Source: Obrimoposthia wandeli (lineage: Eukaryota). Taken from it: 64,000 nt of DNA. The notes under the pieces were generated by a model. That model was not told the origin of the DNA. It ran no database searches and saw nothing but the letters and a program-made list of their open reading frames with translations. The stretch covers positions 1,612,001-1,676,000 of the forward strand of contig CDROCS010000506.1 of the NCBI GenBank assembly GCA_977020255.1, read 5' to 3'. Both the position numbers and the translations under genes were made by a program. Shown here piece by piece: positions 29,785 to 36,707 of the stretch (its first letter is position 1; every line of letters begins with the position of its first letter).

Positions 29785-30483
29785 ATGGAGCAGAACATGC
29801 AAATACTCAGTAGAAAATCATTACCCTTAGGCGGTTTTGCTGGTTTAACAGAACATCGCTTAGTCACGGATAGACGTGTATTTGGTCGTAATAAAGTGGC
29901 GAATACATTCGATGGACTCGGTAATTTTGTTTACCTCGCTGATGCACAGTTTAATCCTCGTGGTCAAACCCACATGCATCCACATAAAGAAATCGATGTG
30001 ATTTCTATCATGATGGACGGCCGCGTTAGTCACGAAGGTTCACTTGAACACGGCCAAAGCTTAAATGCCGGTGAAGCCCAGATACAACGTGCCGGTGGTG
30101 AAGGTTTCTCACACAACGAAGTGAACCCAGATAACAGTAAAAATCGTATGTTGCAGTTATGGGTACTACCCGATGAATCAGGCCAGCCAGCAGGATACAA
30201 ACACTATAAATTAAACGCTAATGGCGTGACCCGTATCTATGGCGGTACCAAGAATCAAAGCGAAACATTTGATAGTAAAACAGTCATCGACATTGTGCGC
30301 TTGGCTGCAGGTGAAAGTATTGGCTTCACTCATGAAACGCTCGCTTATGTCAGTAAAGGCAATGTGGCATTCGCCGATGAAAATAGCACCTTTGATGCTG
30401 AAGATGGCGATTTGATCCGCAGTTATCAAACAGAGATCACTGCAAACACAGATGTTGAGATCGTTGTTGTAAGTAATCAATAG
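29785..30483 (+). CDS. Pirin-family protein
   Basis: HMHPHKEIDVIS, SHEGS, AGGEGFSHNE, MLQLWVLP. Confidence 0.88.
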   Translation: MEQNMQILSRKSLPLGGFAGLTEHRLVTDRRVFGRNKVANTFDGLGNFVYLADAQFNPRGQTHMHPHKEIDVISIMMDGRVSHEGSLEHGQSLNAGEAQIQRAGGEGFSHNEVNPDNSKNRMLQLWVLPDESGQPAGYKHYKLNANGVTRIYGGTKNQSETFDSKTVIDIVRLAAGESIGFTHETLAYVSKGNVAFADENSTFDAEDGDLIRSYQTEITANTDVEIVVVSNQ

Positions 30484-30543
30484 CCCTTTATTCATTATTC
30501 ATTTCAACAATCAAATTTAACGATAACGTAAAAGGAAATTACC

Positions 30544-31170
30544 ATGAATAAATTTGCAGAAACATTAACAATTGATAATGCCGTACTAGCAATGATTGAC
30601 CACCAAACCGGACTACTCGTTAGCTGCCGCGATCAAGACCCACACTTGATGACTGAAAACATCAAAGGTCTATGCGCTATGGCAAAAACAGTGGGCATGC
30701 CGACAGTAACAACAGCTAGTATGCCTGATGGTCCAAATGGTCCGATTATGCCTGAAATCACCGACATTTTAGGTCATGACATAATAGAACGAGCTGGTGA
30801 AATTAATGCATGGAAAAGTCCCGCATTCAAACAGGCTATCGAAGCTACGGGACGTAAGAAAATCATCATGGCAGGGATAGTGACCGATGTATGTTTAATG
30901 TTCCCCGCTATTTCAGCCGTGGCAGAAGGTTATGATGTTTATGCTGTCGTCGATGCATCCGGCACATGGAACAAAGCGGTTGCAGACGCATCCATTCATC
31001 GTATGACACAAGCAGGCGTAAAAGTCGCAACGTGGGCATCAGTATTGGCCGAAGTGATGGATGATTGGCGCAGTGAAAAAGGAATGGAATTGGGCGGTGT
31101 CTTAGGTCAGCACACGACTTATCGCTGGGTATACAACAGTTTTTTACAAGCAAGCCAAGCACAAAGCTAA
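30544..31170 (+). CDS. Isochorismatase-family cysteine hydrolase (YcaC-like)
   Basis: LAMIDHQTGL, GPNGPIMPEI, INAW, AGIVTDVCLMFPA. Confidence 0.88.
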   Translation: MNKFAETLTIDNAVLAMIDHQTGLLVSCRDQDPHLMTENIKGLCAMAKTVGMPTVTTASMPDGPNGPIMPEITDILGHDIIERAGEINAWKSPAFKQAIEATGRKKIIMAGIVTDVCLMFPAISAVAEGYDVYAVVDASGTWNKAVADASIHRMTQAGVKVATWASVLAEVMDDWRSEKGMELGGVLGQHTTYRWVYNSFLQASQAQS

Positions 31171-31248
31171 TCGTACTTTATCATGTTGAACGCGCATAAA
31201 TATGCCCAGCATACAGCGTTCAACATAACTTTATTGAGGAATAAGATC

Positions 31249-31455
31249 ATGCCACCAAACAAACATGTTATCGCGTTAATTAATTATTTTACCCTGATCC
31301 CCTTGGTCTATTTTATTCCACAGTGGCTTAGCCCTTATTTACCAGCCAACCCTTTATTGCAAGTCTGTATCGTTGTTGCGATTATTGTACCGTTCATCTC
31401 ATATATTGTGATGCCAATAGCCATGAAGCAATTAACAAAAGTTAAGGGGAAATAG
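31249..31455 (+). CDS. Small two-TM membrane protein (68 aa; resembles the membrane domain of ABM-monooxygenase-linked proteins)
   Basis: RBS GAGGA before ATG 31249; PPNKHVIALINYFTLIPLV...YIVMP; third gene of the pirin-ycaC unit. Confidence 0.6.
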   Translation: MPPNKHVIALINYFTLIPLVYFIPQWLSPYLPANPLLQVCIVVAIIVPFISYIVMPIAMKQLTKVKGK

Positions 31456-31720
31456 ATTACAACAAATAGTCTATTACCTAGTCATGACCATAATCTACCC
31501 ATATTTTGCTAAAGATATAGGTATAAACAGAGATAATAAGATATATCGTTATAAACGACTTATTAAGCAATATATAATATTGTGATACCGGTATCTTTTA
31601 CACTTTGATTATATAACACTAAAAAACGACTATAAAAGCCCGTCTCTAGGCTATTTTTAACGTATTCCAATTAGCAAACCCACCTCAATGTGTTAGCATT
31701 ATCCTTTCTCAGCAATTTTA

Positions 31721-32170
31721 ATGATCCCTATGACTGAATCAGCGAACAATTTACTCTACAGAGCGCAGCAGCTTTGTGTGACGCGTGCAGTTCGCTTCAC
31801 TCCTATTAGGCAGCAGATCTTTTTATTAATGGCACAGCACAACGCCATGATCAGCGCTTACGATCTACTTGCTCAGCTGCAACTATTAGAGCCTAATGCC
31901 AAACCACCAACGATATATCGAGGTCTCGATTTTTTACTCGAAGAAGGCTTCATCCATAAAATAGAATCCAGTAATGCCTTTATTTTATGCCCACACTTTG
32001 GTGAAAAGCACCCTTCACAACTACTTTTATGTAAGAGTTGTGGCGGTGTGATTGAATTACACAATGCCGAAATAGAAGAGTTGCTACAATCACTTGCCGA
32101 TAAACATGGTTTTGCAATTACGACTAAGACAGTTGAAGCACACGGTATCTGTGCTGATTGTCGTAAATAA
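31721..32170 (+). CDS. zur: Zinc uptake regulator (Fur family)
   Basis: RFTPIRQQI, AYDLL, KPPTIYRGLDFL, HKIESSNAFILCPH, CKSC and CADC zinc sites. Confidence 0.9.
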   Translation: MIPMTESANNLLYRAQQLCVTRAVRFTPIRQQIFLLMAQHNAMISAYDLLAQLQLLEPNAKPPTIYRGLDFLLEEGFIHKIESSNAFILCPHFGEKHPSQLLLCKSCGGVIELHNAEIEELLQSLADKHGFAITTKTVEAHGICADCRK

Positions 32171-32190
32171 TTAAATTTCAGGAAAAAAGC

Positions 32191-32655
32191 ATGCGCGTAG
32201 AGTTCATTAATCCATTTATCTCGTCGTTATTAAACGTATTAAGTACCATGGCTCAGCTTGAGTTAACACCCGGCAAGCCAAGACTAAAAAAAGACGATAA
32301 AGCCAAAGGTGATATTTCCGGGATCATGGGGATGATGTCAACCCAAGCTAAAGGTTCATTTGCGCTGACATTTGATGAATCACTCGCATTAGCAATCATG
32401 AATAACATGCTGGGTGAGAAACCCGCTAAAATTGATGCTGAAGTCATTGATATGGTCGGTGAGATCACCAATATGGTTACTGGTGGTGCTAAACGTATTT
32501 TAGCAGAGAAAGGCTTTGATTTTGATATGTCGACACCGATAGTGGTATCAGGCAAGGGTCACACTGTGACACATAAATCAGACGGACCTAAATTATTACT
32601 GCCACTCACAAGTAAATTCGGCAGTGCTTCAATTGAGATATGTTTCGATAATTAA
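32191..32655 (+). CDS. cheX: Chemotaxis phosphatase CheX
   Basis: MRVEFINPF, GDISGIMG, VGEITNMVTG (E-x2-N), FDMSTP; follows zur as in Vibrio. Confidence 0.93.
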   Translation: MRVEFINPFISSLLNVLSTMAQLELTPGKPRLKKDDKAKGDISGIMGMMSTQAKGSFALTFDESLALAIMNNMLGEKPAKIDAEVIDMVGEITNMVTGGAKRILAEKGFDFDMSTPIVVSGKGHTVTHKSDGPKLLLPLTSKFGSASIEICFDN

Positions 32656-32717
32656 GCTAACTCGCTAATTAATCTATATAGCGCAGAAAACACCAATCAA
32701 TACCAAATTCCAGATAC

Positions 32718-32750
32718 AAAAAAGCCAATCTCAACGAGATTGGCTTTTTT
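32718..32750. terminator. Bidirectional terminator
   Basis: AAAAAAGCCAATCTC-AAC-GAGATTGGCTTTTTT. Confidence 0.8.
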
Positions 32751-32788
32751 ATTAAGACTTAATTTTTACTTAACAGAGTAAGTAAGAA

Positions 32789-33391
32789 TTATAGGCTTTT
32801 AGCATTTTTAGTTAGGTATTTAGCAACGCCTTCTGGAGATGCGTCCATACCTTCTTTGCCAGCTTCCCATTGTGCAGGACAAACTTCACCGTTTTTCTCG
32901 TGGAAGTTTAATGCATCAACCATACGTAGCATTTCGTCGATGTTACGGCCTAAAGGAAGGTCGTTAACAACTTGGTGACGAACAACACCGTTTGTGTCGA
33001 TTAGGAAAGAACCACGGAAAGCAACACCAGCTTCTGGATGCTCAACGTCGTATGCTTTACAGATTTCGTGCTTAACGTCAGCTACTAGTGGGTATTTAAC
33101 TGGACCGATACCGCCATCTTCGATAGCAGTGTTACGCCATGCGTTGTGGCTGAATTGTGAATCGATTGAAACACCGATTACTTCAACGCCGCGCTTTTGG
33201 AATTCTTCAAGACGGTGATCAAAAGCGATTAGCTCTGATGGGCAAACAAATGTGAAATCAAGTGGGTAGAAAAATACAACAGCTGATTTACCTTTAGTGA
33301 ATTCAGTGAAGTTAAAGCTATCAACGATTTCGCCGTTACCTAGTACTGCTGCAGCTGTAAAATCAGGTGCTTGACGTCCTACTAAAACCAT
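32789..33391 (-). CDS. ahpC: 2-Cys peroxiredoxin (AhpC/TsaA)
   Basis: FYPLDFTFVCPSE peroxidatic Cys, GEVCPAQW resolving Cys. Confidence 0.93.
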   Translation of the reverse strand: MVLVGRQAPDFTAAAVLGNGEIVDSFNFTEFTKGKSAVVFFYPLDFTFVCPSELIAFDHRLEEFQKRGVEVIGVSIDSQFSHNAWRNTAIEDGGIGPVKYPLVADVKHEICKAYDVEHPEAGVAFRGSFLIDTNGVVRHQVVNDLPLGRNIDEMLRMVDALNFHEKNGEVCPAQWEAGKEGMDASPEGVAKYLTKNAKSL

Positions 33392-33464
33392 TTTAATCTC
33401 CTAAATTAATTAAATATTTGCTTATTTACGGCATAATTTTTACATTAAATATAATCTTAAACCA

Positions 33465-33501
33465 ATTGCTTTACTCAATCATTTTGATAGGTAAAAGCTA
33501 T
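33465..33501. promoter_or_regulatory. OxyR binding site upstream of ahpC
   Basis: ATTG-N7-CAAT-N7-ATAG-N7-CTAT against the consensus ATAG-N7-CTAT-N7-ATAG-N7-CTAT (14 of 16 core bases). Confidence 0.75.
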
Positions 33502-33646
33502 CGGTAATTAAGCGTTCATAAGATAAAATTTATTGAAATATAACCATAGCACCGCACTTTCTTGTTGTCATCTGGTGTCCGCTGTTTTTATTAAGCTTGT
33601 GATAATGACAACGTTTAATCGGATAAACATAGCGCAGAGCATACAC

Positions 33647-34534
33647 TTACAATCCGCGTTGCCACTCTTTACGTAGATGGCTTTGTTCTGGTGCTTCAAT
33701 CGCACTACGCACTTGCGCTAACAACTGCGCTTTATCTTGCCCTAACGTCCCTTTCAAAGACAAATAGTTAGAAGCATGATCAGATCTGAATACGGTATTC
33801 TTTAATTCTAAATTTTCTAGCAACATCTGCATTTCCAAAAATAACCCGTGTTGGTCAGGTAATTGGAATCCATTTTTAAAATTCTTCGCAAACTTGGCTT
33901 GCCCCAATGGAAAAGACACCACTAACGTGGATAAATAATCTGGCTGCGCTTCATTCATCAAACGCGCTGAATTTAATGCATGCTGCTCAGTAAACTCGGT
34001 ACCACCTAGGCCATTTAAAATCATCACCGAGGTTTTAATGCCAGCGCCCTTTAGTTTGTATAACGCATCGAGTTGTGAATCGTACGTTTCACCTTTCTCA
34101 ACTAACGCCAGCACCTCATCATCACCACTCTCACAACCAACATAAACAATCCCCAGGCCTAAATTACCTAACTCATAAAGCTCTGCTAATGATTTGCCTT
34201 TGATGTTACGCGGTAAGCAATAAGCACTGACTCTTTGCACATCAGGCATATGTTTGCGGATCAGTAATAAGATTTCTTTTAAACGTTTAAACGGTAATGT
34301 CATGGCATCGCCATCGGCTAAAAAAACACGCTGATGTTTCTGACCACTGGCGACAACACTTAAAATTTCAGCTTCAATATCATCTATTTTTTTAGCGCGA
34401 AATTTTTTCTGTGGTTGCGTATACATATCGCAAAAAGTGCAGTTATTCCAAGAACAACCATTCGCGACTTGCAAGATCAATGAGCGCCATTCACTCGGCG
34501 GACGAAATACAGGTTCAACATAAGAGATAGGCAT
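33647..34534 (-). CDS. Radical SAM protein of unknown function
   Basis: YVEPVFRPPSE, GCSWNNCTFCDMY cluster motif, RVFLADGDA, VYVGCESG. Confidence 0.85.
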   Translation of the reverse strand: MPISYVEPVFRPPSEWRSLILQVANGCSWNNCTFCDMYTQPQKKFRAKKIDDIEAEILSVVASGQKHQRVFLADGDAMTLPFKRLKEILLLIRKHMPDVQRVSAYCLPRNIKGKSLAELYELGNLGLGIVYVGCESGDDEVLALVEKGETYDSQLDALYKLKGAGIKTSVMILNGLGGTEFTEQHALNSARLMNEAQPDYLSTLVVSFPLGQAKFAKNFKNGFQLPDQHGLFLEMQMLLENLELKNTVFRSDHASNYLSLKGTLGQDKAQLLAQVRSAIEAPEQSHLRKEWQRGL

Positions 34535-34623
34535 AAAACAGTTCCATTATTTGAGGGTAAGCATCCGTTGCTCATTTAAGGAGAGTAGCAGTGTCATGGG
34601 CACAACACTGCTAATTTATTCGA

Positions 34624-35271
34624 TTATTCTGCCTTTAACTGACCATTAAAATCATAACCAGAAATATGTGCATAGTGAGTCAAATATACAGTCGCTAGCA
34701 CTTTTGCTTCGCGAACATATTTGTCTGCTGATTCAGGTTCTTGTACTGCTAGACGTAAAATAGAGCCAACAGTACGTGGTAAGATAACCGAGATCATCTT
34801 AATCTGCGCAGCACTAATCTCATCAGAAACGATACTTTCCATTTGCTTTTGAATAACTGCAGAATGAAAATCAAGCGCAGACTGATCAATGCTTTTCAAC
34901 TCAGGTAATGAATCGACACCCGACCAAACAGCCATATAACCCGGTTCTTTACGATAAAATTCAGCATACACCTCAATAACCAATTCAATACGTTCTTCAA
35001 GTGGTAAATCACTTGGTACAGCCGAGAATCGTAATTGCAGTGCTTGAAGATGACGCTCTGCTAAAGCTCGAATTATCGATGCTTTATTGGGAAAATAACG
35101 GTACAACGATGTTCTGGTTAAACCCGATGCTTTTGCTATATCAGAAGGCGTAGCATTCGCAATACCAATTTCATCAAACAAAGCTGCCGCAGAATCAATA
35201 ATTTGCTTTACTCTTTCAAGGCTTCTTTCCTGCCTAGGAAGATTTCTTTGCGTCGTGTTATTTTCTGTCAT
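34624..35271 (-). CDS. TetR/AcrR-family regulator
   Basis: RQERSLERVKQIIDSAAALF, TPSDIAKASGLTRTSLYRYFPNK. Confidence 0.9.
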   Translation of the reverse strand: MTENNTTQRNLPRQERSLERVKQIIDSAAALFDEIGIANATPSDIAKASGLTRTSLYRYFPNKASIIRALAERHLQALQLRFSAVPSDLPLEERIELVIEVYAEFYRKEPGYMAVWSGVDSLPELKSIDQSALDFHSAVIQKQMESIVSDEISAAQIKMISVILPRTVGSILRLAVQEPESADKYVREAKVLATVYLTHYAHISGYDFNGQLKAE

Positions 35272-35612
35272 ATGCCCTCATAATCATTGCACAAATTAAA
35301 TTATATAAAGTGAGATAAACCAAGCTTAATAATAACATTTAGTTACATCAACCAAATTTACACTTATTGCTAAATATCACCGAAATAAAACAATAATTTG
35401 CGATTATCGGTGCTGTTATAGCCCCAATTAAGTATTTGGAGTTATAACTCTATTCTATAATAGCTTAATTAATTCACAAAATGCAGATAATAAGTGTAGC
35501 TAATACTTCATATTCTGCATTAATATTCATGACCACCTGTTATTTATGCACATAATAGCTTGATATAACTTAACTTTCGCTTATTTACAAAATAATAACA
35601 TCAAGATTACAG

Positions 35613-36698
35613 TTAACTGGTTTTTTGCAAATATTTAAGTGATACCCGTTGCGTAAGCTTAGTGACTAGTTCATATGCGATGGTACCTATGTGTTCAGCC
35701 ACTAATTCAGCTGGTAATCCGGCGCCCCACATAATCACTTTGTCACCCACTTGGTCTTGGCAATCAGCGCCTAAATCAACCGTTAACATATCCATCGATA
35801 CACGACCAACAATTGGGACAATACGACCATTAATTAGCACTGGTGTACCTTCTGGTGCCATGCGTGGATAACCGTCACCGTAACCGACAGCTACAACACC
35901 CAATCGCGTATCTTCAGGTGCGCTCCAAATACCACCATAACCGGTTTTTTCGCCTTGCTTAATATCATGCACAGCGATCAAGTCAGTGGTTAATGTCATC
36001 ACTGGTTTGAGGTTATGTTCTACTGCAGTAGCACCTATCATCGGTGATACGCCATACAACATAATACCAGGGCGGATCCATTCACGACGTGCAGTTGGCC
36101 ATGCTAAAACACCCGCCGAGTTAGCAATCGAATGTTCCCCTTCTTCACCAGCGACTAATTCATCAAATAAATCAATTTGGCGCTGTGTAATACTTGGGTC
36201 AGCTTCATCTGCACAACTAAAATGCGTCATCAACCGCGCAGGTTGCACCACATTAGTATTGTTTTTTAACCGCTCAATCGCACGTTTGCAGTTATCTGGG
36301 CGGATACCCAAACGATGCATGCCGGTATCCATTTTCAACCAGACATGAATTGGCGCATCTAAATCCGCCTCTTCTAGCTCAGCCAATTGCTGTTCAATAT
36401 GCACCGACGTCTGAATGTTATTAGCAACTAAGATCGGTAACTCATCTGTCGAGAAAAAACCTTCCAGCAGTAAAATAGGTTTCACAATGCCGCCACTACG
36501 CAGCATTAATGCCTCTTCAACGCGTGCGACAGCAAATGCGTCAACCGCTTTCAATGCTCTCGCAACAGCCAATAAACCATGGCCATAAGCATTCGCTTTG
36601 ACAACGGCCATTATTTTACTGTTTGGGGCAATGCTTTTAATCTGTTTAACGTTATGCTGCAATGACTGCAAACATATTTCAGCCGTTGCTGAACGCAT
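35613..36698 (-). CDS. alr: Alanine racemase
   Basis: AVVKANAYGHG PLP lysine, KMDTGMHRLG, GYGDGYPR, GRVSMDM; directly after dnaB. Confidence 0.97.
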   Translation of the reverse strand: MRSATAEICLQSLQHNVKQIKSIAPNSKIMAVVKANAYGHGLLAVARALKAVDAFAVARVEEALMLRSGGIVKPILLLEGFFSTDELPILVANNIQTSVHIEQQLAELEEADLDAPIHVWLKMDTGMHRLGIRPDNCKRAIERLKNNTNVVQPARLMTHFSCADEADPSITQRQIDLFDELVAGEEGEHSIANSAGVLAWPTARREWIRPGIMLYGVSPMIGATAVEHNLKPVMTLTTDLIAVHDIKQGEKTGYGGIWSAPEDTRLGVVAVGYGDGYPRMAPEGTPVLINGRIVPIVGRVSMDMLTVDLGADCQDQVGDKVIMWGAGLPAELVAEHIGTIAYELVTKLTQRVSLKYLQKTS

Positions 36699-36707
36699 AG
36701 TTATTCC

